DNA of 64,000 nt, from NCBI RefSeq assembly GCF_009914755.1, contig NC_060933.1; one strand, written 5' to 3'. Source of the stretch: the human T2T-CHM13v2.0 reference genome, Homo sapiens. Shown one piece after another: positions 37,141 to 50,363 of the stretch. The translations under genes were made by a program, and so were the position numbers. The notes beneath the pieces were generated by a model, which saw only the letters and a program-made list of their open reading frames with translations, had not been told where the DNA came from and searched no databases. Position 1 is the stretch's first letter. The number at the start of each line of letters is the position of its first letter.

Positions 37141-38696
37141 GCAATAGAAGAGTTTCTAAGCTGTTGGAACAGCATAAGGAAAGCAGCAGAGATGAGGAAA
37201 TCTAGGAATGATATCACCCAGACCGTTTCCTAGAATGTGCAAGAAAGGTGGGAAGCACAGTGGCATGGGAGACACAGACGCCAGCTTCCTAAGGCAGCTC
37301 TTGAGGGTATTACGTATCTCCAAGCCTGTGCTACCTGTTTATTCCATAGGCTCCACAGCAGCAGCGCCGGCACAGGGGCACATAAGGACAACTCCCACGT
37401 CCTCATGGGCCCTCTTAATGTCCCTGCAGCCTCCCTTCCTTTCAGAATAATTGGGCTTATTAATTCCTTATATAAATGAAAAGCATTCCAGTACCTGGCT
37501 CTCCAAGTTAACTTCCACACATCAACATGCTCCAATACACTTCTTAACATATAGAAGGGTCAGTGTGTTGCATTAATGTTCTTTTTGATGTTGTTTAACT
37601 TGCAAATAGCAAATGATCCTCTACTGTAGAGGATAGGGGAAATTGTCCTTCCACCACTATTTGGGCAAGTACTGGGAAATCAACAGACAGGTGTGATTTA
37701 GGAAGGTAGATTATCCAGAGTCACCTAAAAATCATTGATCAAAGAAGACTGTTTTTGCAACTTTTTAGGACTCTCAAAAGTGAGACTCCCATGAGTTAAT
37801 TTCTCAGGTAAAGGAGAAACACTACATCCTTAGGGCATCCAAAAATCTTAAAAGTTGAATCTTAAAAGTTAAATAAAAACATTTGAATTTTTGGTGCTGA
37901 GCATAGAGGATACTACATGTGACTCTTGCCTGGAACTGGAGCTGAAACAGAACACAGGCAAAAATCTAAAAATGATATTAAAATGTCAATTTCTCTTCAA
38001 TATTTCCACTTATAACAGTTTCTGAACTCACTGAGTTGAAAAGAATGGTTTCAACTTTGTCACAATAGGACAATTTCTGACTGAACTGTGATCATTTCAA
38101 ATCTGGAAGTGTTTTGATTTTGATTTAAATTTAAATGAGACACTTTGCAGGTGGGAGACTTACAAAAATCTTCTTCTTCTATCCTGGTAGGAATAGGAAT
38201 CTAAAACAAAGAGAAGGGATTGGGGGACCTGCCAAGTAGCTGATTATATTGGTCCTATGTTCTAGTCTCAACAGAGATCAATACTAGTGTAGGTGAAATG
38301 TTTGGCCTCCCAGGAAGAAAGGGAGTACAACAACCTCGGTGGCATGCATATCGTTGCCATTATTTATAAAGTTTAAAACTGGGTGAAGAAGCTTGGAGAA
38401 ATTTTGATGCAGTTCTCTTCTTTCATTGGGAAATACACATTCAACTAGTGAGTGAGAACTGCTAAGTGCTTTTTGATTCTATGGCCCAAAGCCCTGTTTA
38501 CTTATCACTTATTGGCTCTCTTCTAAGTATCTGAGACTGAATATGTAGATTGCGCATAGGGCAGTTTGGTGAGTAATAGACCAATGAATAATAAATCAGC
38601 ATTAATGTCCAACCTAGACTCTTCTAACCTTTTCTACTCTTATTTTCATGAAAACTTTTCTGTCTCCCAGCATATTACTGTGGATTGGAGGAAGAA

Positions 38697-38902
38697 TCCT
38701 TCTTTCTTCCTTTCTCTCTCTCTTCCCTCCTTCCTTCTCTCCCTCCCTCCCTCCTTTCTTCCTTCCTACCTCCCTCGCTTCTTCCTTTCTTCCCTTCCTC
38801 TCTCCCTCCCTCACTTCCTTCCTCCCTCACTTCCTTCCTCCCTCACTTTCTTCTTCCCTCACTTCCTTCTTCCCTCCCTCCCTTCTCCCTTCCCTTCCCT
38901 TC
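38697..38902. repeat. Polypyrimidine low-complexity tract (CCTT/CCCT)n
   Basis: About 200 nt almost purely C/T; source of four spurious ORFs. Confidence 0.95.
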
Positions 38903-40547
38903 GCCAAAATGACATTTGGTAGACTATTAAAATAGACTTGCTTTGTTAATTACATTGACATTCTTTAACCCAACTGAATATCTGCAACTAGGCAGAAAGG
39001 AAGGAAGGTGAATCTTAAAACTCACCTTGTTCTGAGTTGACTCCAGATACTCATGGGGTGGGTTCAAGGCAAATATCTTGGTATGCTAGAATGGGTTTTA
39101 GAGCCAGGGAGAATGTTGTATGCTGTTTGCTGCTAGGTCAATTGTGAAACACCTGTTGGCTACATTTAACAAGGAGAAAAGCAGCAGTACCTAGGAGACT
39201 TAATATGAACTGGAGTAGTCAGGAGATGCTGCGTTTGGATATAATGGCCCATCCTTTTCTTGATTTCTAATTTCCAAACCCTGTGTCTGTGGGAAACCTG
39301 CAACACAATTGGCTATCATAATTCACTTTCATCCTAACTAGATACAACCTTCTTTAACTTCTGAGACTGAGGTGTTCAGGTCGATGGACCCCTAAAGTAG
39401 GCAGCTCTTGCTTGTGTCCGTTGGGAAATGCCTTTCATGAAGCCAGCAGAAGCAGCTTCTGGGAAATTGTTGTGCTTGCTTTTTATGATTGGCCTCACAC
39501 TATCACTTTGGCTGACAGTGCATAGAAACAATACTATGGGATAAAGGGGACAAATAATAAATGGCTGGACCAAATAATAAAGGTCTTTTTTAGGGACGTA
39601 GCCTGAGGAAATCCCATTCAAATTCTGTTAGATAACCTGGAATCAATGAGCACATCAACTTGGTAACAGTGAAAGTGGCTAGAAAAGATCCTAACCCTCC
39701 TGAGTGAGCCATTCACTCATTTTCTGAGTAGGAGATGGCTGTTTGTATGATTATTCTGGCATTTTCCCATTGACTAAAGGGCAGTATGAACTGCTTGCAC
39801 TTTGTTTAGGAGAGAGGAAGCATTACTTGGCTAATACTGCAGAAGACAGTGCCGCAGCCCAGCGTCTGGACAGTTTGGCCAGCCAACTTTGTGGAGATTG
39901 TCTCAACATCCATATCATCTCTATAGCCTCATAACTCTGCAGCTCCTCACCTCTCTGAGCACTTTCAGCCTCCAGAATGTTGACACCACATTCAGGACCT
40001 GCCCATCTCTGTCCCCTCTTAATCTTCGGTGAACTCTTATTTTTCCCTCTATATCTTTCCCCTCAAAAGCTCCTTCTCATGCCTACCATTACTCCTCCTC
40101 AGGGCATTATCTCTTGAGAAAGTTTAGGCGTTTTTAGTAAATGAGAAAAAGCTTTGAACTGAGGAAGAAGCATATGCTTTCCACACTGAAAAAAAATTAC
40201 CAAGGCAATAAGATATGAAAGGTTGGCAACCTGCTTAAAATAGAGGGGCATGGGAAATACAAAGAAAACAAACACAAATAAAACATCTCAAAAATGTGTT
40301 CTGTCATATCAGTCCATCATCATTTCAACACAACTCAACAACAATATATTTCACACTCTGTATACTAGCCGGACAAAGAGACTAGCATGATTAAAGGTAT
40401 ATGGGCTTGAATGTGCAGACCATGTTTAAGAACAAAAGATTGTCCAAGGTGGTAAACAGATAAGGCACAGCAAATGTTGGTGGGTCAAGGTCTGTGGGAA
40501 GAAGGATAAGTAGGGAGTATCCAGAGTTCAGCTGTGATGGTACAAGC

Positions 40548-40889
40548 CAGCGGTCCCCAACTCCTGAGCCATGAACTGGTAACAGCCCTTAGCCTGTTAG
40601 GAACTGGGCTGCAAAGCAGGAGGTGAGCGACAGGTCAGCAAGCATTACCACCTGAACTCTGCCTCCTGTCAGATTAGCAGCAGCATTAGATTTTCATAGG
40701 AGCACACACCCTCCTATGAACCGTGCATGCAAGGGATCTAGGTTGCATGCTCCTTATGAGAATCTAATGCCTGACAATTTGAGGTGGAACAGTTTCATCC
40801 CAAAACCATCTCCACACCCCCTCCCAGTCTGTGGAAAAATTGTAGTCCACAAAACCAGTCCCTGGTGCCAAAAAGGTTAGGGACTGCTG
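40548..40889 (+). mobile_element. MER1B hAT-Charlie element
   Basis: cagcggtccccaac...gggatctaggttgcatgctccttatgagaatctaatgcc...aaaaaggttagggactgctg; TSD gtacaagc / gtgtaagc. Confidence 0.88.
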
Positions 40890-43164
40890 GTGTAAGCAAC
40901 AGATGCTGTGGATTATTTTTAATCAGAGACTTCTTGATATGGTTGTGTCTGTTTTTAAAGGATGATGGTGGGCACAGTGTAGAAGATGAATTGAGCAGAA
41001 GAAAAAGGCAATGAGTCTACTAGGAGGCTTTGCTTTTTAGGTAGTGATAAAGGCAGCCTTCCCACAACAGTCATTTCATTTGCAGGGCCAGGGGCAAAAG
41101 TACAAACGCAGACCATCTCCCCATCCCCAAGCTCCCATCCTACCAAGGCTTACCATCTTTTAGTCCCATCTGCTGTTCAGGGCACTTACACCTCTGCATC
41201 CACATGAGCAAGCTCCATCTCATCTGTCTGCCCCTTCCCCATCCCACAGAAAGCTACCTCTTTGTCACAGTTCAGACCTGGATCGTGCTGTCTGCTCTCA
41301 GGAGGCTGCTCCCTTGCAGGAGGCTCTGCAGGCTCCGAAGTACATTCCAGGATTAGTAATCCCAGGGTCCCAGGTACTGAGAGCTTGGTCTAGAATTTGG
41401 GGCATGGGTTCCAGGTGGGCAAATATCCTTAGTCCTGTGGACTTCTTGCTCCTGCCCTGTAGGAAGTCCAGAGTGGGGCCTTCTGAAGCACAGAACTCAT
41501 GGCAGGGGTCCCAGTTGCCTGGATATAGGGGAGGTACAGTAGAAAAGATCCAGTTTCTTCTTAGGAAACATTCTCATTTTACCAATGTGTAGAAAAGCCA
41601 CAGAGAAAAACCACACCGTTCCTGAGTATCAAGTAGACACAAAAAATGATGTCTACGAGCAAGGTCTGGATGCCATCACACTATTCTCTTATTATAAAAA
41701 GACAATACAAGAGAGATAATAACAAAGACTCTATGCTCTTCTCATAGACTAATTTGAGAAAGTTTCCCGTTACCTTTTCCTCATTAAAAAATTGGTCTAG
41801 GTGTTAGCAGGCCAAATTTCCCCTTTTCTGTCCCTTGGCCTAAATTTTTTTTTTTTTTTTTAAAGAACCAGGGTTCTTCCAGAATGCAAACAGACCTCAG
41901 TGAACCAATCCATTCCATCATGAATGTTCACCATATTCTTGATGCAAGACATTCCCTGCCTTGATCCATATCCAGCAGCTCTTATTTTTCTTCTTGGAAC
42001 CATTATCTAATAAAATGTGTATAATTGTGTGTGCGTGTGTTTGTGTGATGCATGGAGGAACAGAGAGCAAGGGTGAGAGGGTAAAACAAAACAATGCTTT
42101 GAAGAAGGTAGTATCCTCTTTATTCTCTCCTATCTTCATTTGTCCAACAGAAATACAGAGCTGAGTCTTAGGGGAGCTGAGTTCTGCTAAAACCTATTAA
42201 TTCCCAGTAACATGGACCAGTCACTCAGCTTCAATGTATTTTCGTTTCCCCTTTTGCAAGGTCGGGGTAGCACATGGAATCAAATGAGATGTGAGGCCGA
42301 ATTTGAAAAGCAAAGGAAGCCAGTACTCTGCACAATGCCTTTAGGACTTTCTACTATTGCCCTCTATTTTTCTATAATTCCAGCAGCTGACTTGGGATGC
42401 TGGGATAGGAAAAGGCAGAGGGGGAAAAATAGAATCCTAGACAGTGGAGCATTGTTTATTTTACAGGAGAGACACTCCCTCTGGTACCAGGACTGCCTTC
42501 TGTTTCTAGCTCACACAACCATATCATCAAGCTCTCTGCAGTGAGAGTATTCTTACAAGGGCTTTGAATTCTTCTAATCTTATCTTCCCCTCAATAAATC
42601 AATTCTTTGTCCAGGTGTTTCTCCATCCCCTGGTGGTGTTTCATACTACTTGCTTCTGTGATTATCAACCAAAGTTGGGTTTGCTAATGCAATGTCCTTT
42701 GTCCTACACAAGCTGCTCTCTAACCAGCCTCAGACTTTCAGTATCATACTCTAGTAAAGCAGACAGGCCCTGTGTTTTCTCTAGGGATTCTGGAGGGGTC
42801 ACAAAAACATGCATAAATCAAATTATTCCAAAGCAGTCTTAAGAAAAACAATGATTATTTGGTTTTTTTTCTTCTAACTCAGTATGGACCTCCTATTTTT
42901 GGAAGCTAGGAAACTAAGCTATTTCTTGTCTTCTCTTTTGTAAGAAATATCAGAATAGGAAGTGGAAAAGCAGCTGAGAACTCAAATTCTGGCTTCATAA
43001 TTTACTGACTGCTGTTCAGTTTTTAACCTCTTTGAACCTTAGTTGTGTCATATATAATAAATTTAATAGTATATATCTTATAAGGTTGTTTTGAAGCCTT
43101 AAACAAGTGGCATAGATGTATACAAAAGGACAAGAAGTAATCTACTGGATACCTAACACATTTC

Positions 43165-43700
43165 TTTTTTTTATCTTCAATTTTTATTTTAAATTCTGTG
43201 GTACATGTGCAGGGTGTACAGGTTTGTTGCATAGGTAAACGTGTGCCAAGGTGGTTTGCTGCAGAGATCAACCCATCACCTTGGTATTAAGCCCAGTATC
43301 CATTAGCTATTTATCCTGATGCTCTCCTTCCCCCAATCCCTCTCCCCAACAGGCCCCAGGGTATGCTGTTCCCCTCCCTGTGTCCATGTGTTCTCATCGT
43401 TCAGCTCCTACTTATAAGTGAGAACATGTGGTGTTTGGTTTTCTGTTCCTGCCTTCGTTTGCTGAGGATAACAGCTTCCAGCTCCATCCATGACCCTGCA
43501 AAGAACAAAATCTTATTCCTTTTCATGGATGCATAGTATTCCATTGTGCATATGTACCATGTTTTCTTTATCCATTCTATCATTGACGGGCATTTGGGTT
43601 GATTCCATGTCTTTGATATTGTGGATAGTGCTGCAATGAACATATGCTTGCATGCCTACCCAGTAATGGGATTTCTGGGTCAAATGGTATTTCTGTCTCT
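43165..43700 (-). mobile_element. 5'-truncated L1PA (about PA11-PA13) 3' end, inserted in a MIR tail
   Basis: L1 3' UTR and ORF2 C-terminus (MFIAALSTI..WNQPKCPS); TSD tacctaacacatttc (43150-43164) / tacctagcacatttc (43701-43715). Confidence 0.92.
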
Positions 43701-46349
43701 TACCTAGCACATTTCAATATGCAAGTTAAGTTTTAAATTCTGTCTTTCCTACTGATTTACACAAAACACTCAATTTCCACAAAATTCAGAAAGCAAGTAG
43801 TAATAATGCACATTGGAGAGAGTAACTATTTGCAGGGTCACACAATATTTGCAAATATCATTCTAAGTGATTGCTTGTTTATGTGTGTGGAGGTGTTCTA
43901 GCTCTTAGTCTAACTAATTCAGAGCAGAATGTTCCACTTTTGATTGAACTTGGATTTTCAAATTTTCTACTTTAGCAAAATAAGTGACAAAGATTCATCT
44001 TGCTCATTCAAAGGAGATTAAATCATCTTTGGCATGCTTATGTTGGCTCTTCTCTGAAGAAGGAGGGAGTGAGTTTCCTTCCCACTTCCCAACACAAATC
44101 ATCAGGGTATACCCCAAGGAGGTGGCTGGCAAAAATGTAAAATCAGACTGCTTGTGTTTTGAAGCTCATGGATCCTCTAGAGGCAGTTAGGTAGCACTCC
44201 TAGATGGTGGAGGGGTAGCCCTCTTGAGCACCAAAAGTGTGTAGTAAGGTTCATTTTGTTTCAGGGATTAATGAGGAAAGCTTCCAGATATTAGGGAAAA
44301 AAGAAGTCGTGGATCCCAGGGAAGGAACAGTCAGTGGCTCTGTGTCCACCATGGGCTGAAACTCGACCTGCTATGATGGGGCTGGGAAGTGGGTGTTATC
44401 TTTGAAGGGATGGCTGCCCAGGAAAAAGCTGAGCATTCAGGGCTATGATTCTGGGAACCAAAGAATTGTGGATCAAAGGTACTCTTGAGGGAATAAGATC
44501 ACTTTTCCATGGAGATCTGGAGTGGACTCTGTAGGGACTTGGATGGGCCGCAAGCCTGGGTGATGATGGAGGACCACCACCATGTGGCAGGGAGAGCAGG
44601 GGTAGCTGTGGGCAGATCAGACACCAGGGTCTGTCTTTTCCAGATGTGGATGTCAGAATCAGCCCAACTCTCTTTTTTTTTTTTTTGGAGCTCTAAACTC
44701 CTAGGCCTTTTAAATGTTTTCAAAACGGTAACAAGGGGGAGGGTACCAGCCATTCTACTAATTTGGCAAGGGGGACTCAAGACAGATTTATTTAGGGAAA
44801 ATGAAAGACATGTGATGTTAATTTTTTCTTGAAAGTAGGGAGCAGACCCATTTACATGGGTCTGCATTAGCATTTGCTTGATTTTTCCTTTTGCCCAATA
44901 GTTCAAGTTATTATTTTTTGATCTGTTTCTTTTTATTTTCCATAAGAAATACAACAAATTATAGAATGGCTGATTATCTGGCAGACAGATTGGATTGGGG
45001 AAGCAGGACATGTTCTTATTGCCAGTTATGGCTTGTCTTTCACCATTCCTGGTCATGGGTTGTGACCTGTGCCCTCAGCTTTTGCTGGGAAATTGCTCTT
45101 GTCAACCACATGAGTAGCTGTGTCTTGCTGCTCTCCCTCGCATGTCTCAGTGCCAGTATGTTCAGAGGAAATTCTTTTGTTCTTCATACAGAAACCATAT
45201 TGTATTGTTAACATACCTTTTTCTATTAGGTTGCAAATTGCCCTGTCTTATTGGGCATACTTGTGTTGCTATCACTAAATATATTGAGTCTCCTAGGAAA
45301 GAAATATCTGAAAGACAAATAAGTGGGGTTATTTTGTGAATAATTTATTAGGCTACAAATAACATTGGCTGGCAATGGGAGAAAGAATGCCTTCTCACAA
45401 ATAAAATATCAATTGCAAGTGTGGCAAGGCAGGGATAGTCTTTGCTGCTGAGGGGCATAATGAATGATTCTATTTTGCAGTTGTTTCTAAAATGTAAGCA
45501 TTTTCAAATCAGTGTTGCAGTGTTTGGTCTCAGGAGAGCAGTGAGAATTTCTAAAGATGGTCTCATTTTCCAAGTACAAATTGTTCAGAAAGGAACATTG
45601 TGTTCTGCATGTTGGCCAGACTAGTTTTGTCATTTGAGAAGAGCATAGACTTGTTGACTTAAAAAGGTCAGTGATGCTACTCTCACTTGTTATATGACCT
45701 TGGTCAAGTCACAGAACTTCTCTGTTTCTTTCTGTTTTATTTTGTTTTACTCTGTTTAATTTGGACTTTGGGTAGCCCAAGGTCCTTTTCAGAACTCTAC
45801 AAAATCTGTTCCATTGACAGAGACAGAAAACATTCTTTTAGGACTTTTGCACTTATCACTTACTTAGGCTTCTGAATCATAAAAGTTTGGATCCTCTCAT
45901 CTTCCTCCCCTTTCCAAATGCTTGGGGCTAATTGTAAGGAGCAGTAGACTTACAGGTTCATATTCTGAGCTTCTAAGAACCTGTTGGCAAAGTGAGGAGA
46001 CAATGTTTGTCCTCCTTAACTCTAGGAGGTGAGACTGAGTAGCTCTGGGGTGGACATCCAGGGAGCACTCTGTGAAGCCAGGGCAGGGGATTCAGGATGC
46101 ATGACAGCCCCACAAGGACTTGAGAGGGCCATTTTACCTTCTGAACCTCAAGGAGGACATGGGACAGTGATGCTTGAACAAAACAAGATATTAAAATTTC
46201 AACACTCTTAGAAGAGAGAAATACAAAATAACCAATTGCCTTTATCGTTTTGTCTTTTTAAGCATCTGATTTTCTTCCTCCTTCCCATGTCATAGCTGGG
46301 GGAGATGAAAGGAGTCTGGGGGAAGGAAGTCTTTAGTATTTACTAATCT

Positions 46350-46540
46350 CCATGTTCTGGGTACTAGACCAGACATTTAACCACAAGGTTTGATTTAATT
46401 CTTGCAATATCTCTTTGAAGTAGCTCCAGTTATAATCCCCACATCACAGATGAGAAAACTGTGGCTTAGAGCATTAATGCCACTTGCCCAAATCACACAA
46501 TTAGTAGGAGGCAGCAGAAGATTGAAACCTTATCTGTGTC
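46350..46540 (-). mobile_element. MIR SINE
   Basis: ccccacatcacagatgagaaaactgtggcttagagcattaatgccacttgcccaaatcacacaattagtagg. Confidence 0.7.
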
Positions 46541-47469
46541 AATCCTTGATTTTGCATTTTACTCCAGTATTTTCCCTTTTCATTATGTTTTTCTCCACGT
46601 ATTTGGTAACCCTCTTTTCCCCAGTGACTCTTGTCCCTTACTTACTCTGATCCTCATTTTGTTTTCCCAAAGATCAACATTCCTAAATCTCTCCTTGCCT
46701 CTTCCCTTCCCTCCTTACCAGGCTGGCTGGCCAATCCAATAAACTCATTTCCATGAAAGGGCTTAGTAACACACAAAGCCACAGCATTTTACTCTTCTGG
46801 CATAAATTCTTTTATAATTCTCAGGTTCCTTGGGAGACAAGAGCTGGTGGACGATGCTGGCAACCATAATATTAGTCCAGCTCATTGAGCCCACAAAAAG
46901 TGTGTGGGTATTTTCAGTGATACCTTGGGGGAGGTCCCCTTTAGTCAAGAATGGTGTGTCTTCCTGCACAGGAGACTATGAGAGGGTGTGAAATAAAGGT
47001 TTCCTTCTCTCTTTGGTGTGAGCACACATATAAAAGGCCCTGTGAGCAAGGTCAAGGGATTTGACCAATAATAGCATTTCTTCATTGATTTCACTGTTGT
47101 TCTAGATAAGAATCCATACACTTACATTAGGGTAGAACGTCTCCATCTCTGGTCTATATGAGGCATAGATTCTAAATGCACCAGTCCCCCATATTCACCC
47201 CAAGATTAGTCTGTTTCTTGTGTGATGTGGTTTAGATATGAAAATAGTGCAGATTTCAATTGCTTTTCCTTAGCTAAATGGTGTGAATGCAGTCTTCTGA
47301 ATTCTACACCTCCTCCATTAAAAAAAAAAAAGTAAAAGAGAAAAGGTCTCTAACCATTCTGTCTAAAAGACAGCTTTTGGGTGACAGAAAGAGAACATCT
47401 TTATCATTGAATTTCCTTTGAAGGACATTCTAAATTCAAGGGAGCATTTCCTGAATAGGGCAACTCCAT

Positions 47470-48345
47470 CTAGCCCTACAACATAGGAACAACATCAGGA
47501 AGAGCACCATCCCTGCACTGTAGCCTCCTAACTGGTTTCTTGTGATCCAATCTCATCCTCCTGTAATGCAGTGGTCCTGAAACATGAGTGTGCATCAGAA
47601 TATCCTGGAGAGCCTGTGAAAACAGATTGCTGAACTCTACCCCCAGAGTTTCTGAGTCAGGATATTGAGAGTGGGGCCTAAGAATGTGCATTTCTAACAG
47701 GTTTCTAGGTGATGCTGCTGGTCTGGGAACCTCCTTTGAGGACCACTGCTGGAATCCATTTTGCATGCAGCATCCACAGTAATCTTTAAACATGTAAATC
47801 AGATCATGCCATTTTGTTACTTAAAACCCTGGGGTATCTTTCCGTTGCACTTAAGATGAACTCAAATATTTTATGGTACCTGCAAGGCCTGGGATGGTTC
47901 CTCTGTTTACTTCTTCAAGTTTATCTTTTTCTGCTCCCTCCTCTTGCTCACAAGGCGGGATCTCTCACCTTCTTTCAGATTGTCCTTGAAAATGCACAGC
48001 TCAGTGTTTCTCTTCAAGGACTTAAGCTCTGGGTTCCTCCACTATAGCTGGCTGGCAACCTTCAGATCACAGATCCACTGGCCCCGTCTGGAAACTCTTA
48101 CTGACAATGCCATCTGATGCTGTCCCTCAGTCACTGCAGTCCCTTTCAAGTATCACCTTTTTTCCTCTGTAGCAGTTATCACCATTTGGAATAATTTTTG
48201 TTTATTTGCTCATTGTCTCCATCCTCCCACTAAAATATAAGCTCTGTGATGACAAGGTCCTGTCTCTCTTGCTCACAGCTATGTGCTCAGTGTCCCCAAG
48301 AGGTGTTTGCCACGTTGTAGGTGCTGGGTTAGTTTGTGTTGTATG
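47470..48345 (+). mobile_element. L2a 3' region containing a nested MER5A
   Basis: tagcctcctaactggtttc...aatctttaaacatgtaaatcagatcatg...ctaaaatataagctctgtgatgacaagg...gtaggtgctgg. Confidence 0.7.
47569..47748. mobile_element. MER5A hAT-Charlie element
   Basis: TIRs cagtggtcctgaaa...tttgaggaccactg; TSD-like ctgtaatg / ctggaatc. Confidence 0.85.
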
Positions 48346-49145
48346 AAGCAGTGAGCTTAAACAAAGGGTTTGAATTACCTTCCCTAAGTAGGGCTGTCCT
48401 TGGTGCTTGGTCTACAATGTCATTGGAGATAACCCATCAGCGAGAATAAAGGAATACTTCCCAGTGTTAGAGCAGCCTCAGAGCAGAACCAGCCCAGATA
48501 TGTGAGGCTGGACATGGGATCTTTGAACCCGTGGCAATGCTGGTGCTGAGTTTCCACCCCATAAGAAAATCTACCAACCCAAGGCGGGAAGGCTGGGAGC
48601 AACAGTATGATATTCTTTACTATTTTCCTAGGGTTGATTCTATGGCCATGACACATCTTTGAGTCCATATGACTTTTAGGAGGGGTGTGCTGAAAGGTTA
48701 GTGACAGCACTCAGCCTTCTTTGATGACCCTGAATGGAAGATCCCATCCTATTGGCCTGACTATCTTGCTCCCGGGCAAAGAGAGGGTCCATGTTTGTGT
48801 TCACGTCTGTCACCAAACGGGACCCAGGCTGGAGCTTCAGCACCTCACTCCAGGTGAGGGAAATGTAAAAATTCAAATGTATTTAGGGTTCTTTGATTTT
48901 TCTTTAACTTTCAACAGATTTTGGTGTACCTGCTCGATTCATTATTTGGCAGCACTTTGAAAAAGGTTTTTCAGTGTTCTTGGGTTCCCCCAAAACAACA
49001 TGAAACAAAAAAGTGATACTGCCACACAGGGGCCCTCAGAGGTCAGCAGGGTTTCTGCTCCTACTCCTTCTCTTCCAGCGGCACTATTTGATACAACAGA
49101 GTCTGTGGTCTGGGGCAGATAAAGTCACTCTAAAATAGTTGTGTT

Positions 49146-49466
49146 AGCTGGGCGCAGTGGCTCACGCCTGTAATCCTAGCACTTTAGGAGGCTGAGGTGG
49201 GTGGATTAGTGGAGGTCAGCAGTTTGAGACCAGCCTGGCCAACATGGTGAAACCTTGCTTCTACTAAAAATACAAAAATTAGCTGGGTGTGGTGACATAT
49301 GCCAGTAGTCCCAGCTATGTGAGAGGCTGAGGCAGGAGAATAGTTTGAACCTGGGAGGTCAAGGTTGTACTGAGCCAAGATCTTGCCACTGCACTTCAGA
49401 CTGGGCAACAGGGTTAGACTCCTTTTCAAAAACAAACAACCAAGCAAAAAAAAAAAAAAAAAAACA
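49146..49466 (+). mobile_element. AluS (Sx/Sz-like)
   Basis: Full dimer, cagcctggccaacatggtgaaacc; TSD-like aaaatagttgtgtt / aaaacggttgtatt. Confidence 0.9.
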
Positions 49467-50109
49467 AAAACGGTTGTATTGATACCAGAGTCTTACACCA
49501 GAGAAACTGCTGAAAACAATCCTATTTCTCAGCATGGGCACATTTTGGATGAGGGTAGCCCTCTCCAGGCTTGACCCAGGGAAAACACAGATCTGAACAT
49601 GGTCTGGGATTCTCCAGACTGGAAATAGGGTAGCACCAAAAAGGAGAGATTGGCTTTGGCACCATCTAGATATAGGCCTGTTTCTGGAAGAAAATCCCTT
49701 TTTTTTTTTTTTTTAGGTGATAGTGCTTTAGGGAAGACATTCTAGTTGTATTTGTGAAGTCTAGTTGTTATCTGTGAAAGTAACAGCTATGCTTACACAA
49801 CTCCAGGGGATTGTAATCTATCAAATAACCCCTCCAGGAAGAATGTGATGATCAGGTGACCAGACTTCCAGGTTTGCCTGTAATCCCAGCATAATTATTC
49901 ACTGTGCCCCTTTTACTCTCTGTATTTCAGGATGATTATCATTAAGTATTAACTAGTTATTAAAATTATTGAATCATTATTAATACCCCCTTTCTCTCTC
50001 AGAACTATTTCTGTTTGATCAATAAATTCTATTGTCGTGCTATTGCTAATACACAGTCTGCTGTCTCTCAAGAGCTGCTAACTAGATCTTCCTCTGGAAA
50101 TCTCTAGAG

Positions 50110-50363
50110 CAGTGCTCTTTGATAGAACTTTCTACAGTGATGGGAATGCTTTATATCTGTGCTGTCTAATATGGTAGCTTCCGGTTACATGTGGCTATTG
50201 AGTACTTTGAAATATGGTTAGTATCTGCTATTAAAATAATAAATACTTAAAAAGAAATATGGTTAGTGTGACTGAGGAACAGAATTTAAAATTTTATTTA
50301 ATTTTAATTAATTTCACATTAAATATATATAGCCACATGTGACTACCACATGGGTCAGTACAG
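50110..50363. mobile_element. MER3 hAT-Charlie element carrying a 31-bp insertion
   Basis: atagaactttctacagtgatgggaatg...gctgtctaatatggtagc...gtgactgaggaacagaattt...agccacatgtgacta; TSD-like ctctagag / ctccaggg. Confidence 0.85.

Noticed and set aside
38566-38935. Four overlapping ORFs rich in S/L/P/F or R/E/G/K
   Set aside because: Translation of the polypyrimidine tract
44499-45056. 185-aa minus-strand ORF
   Set aside because: No recognisable homology or domain, crosses a mononucleotide run; no support beyond length
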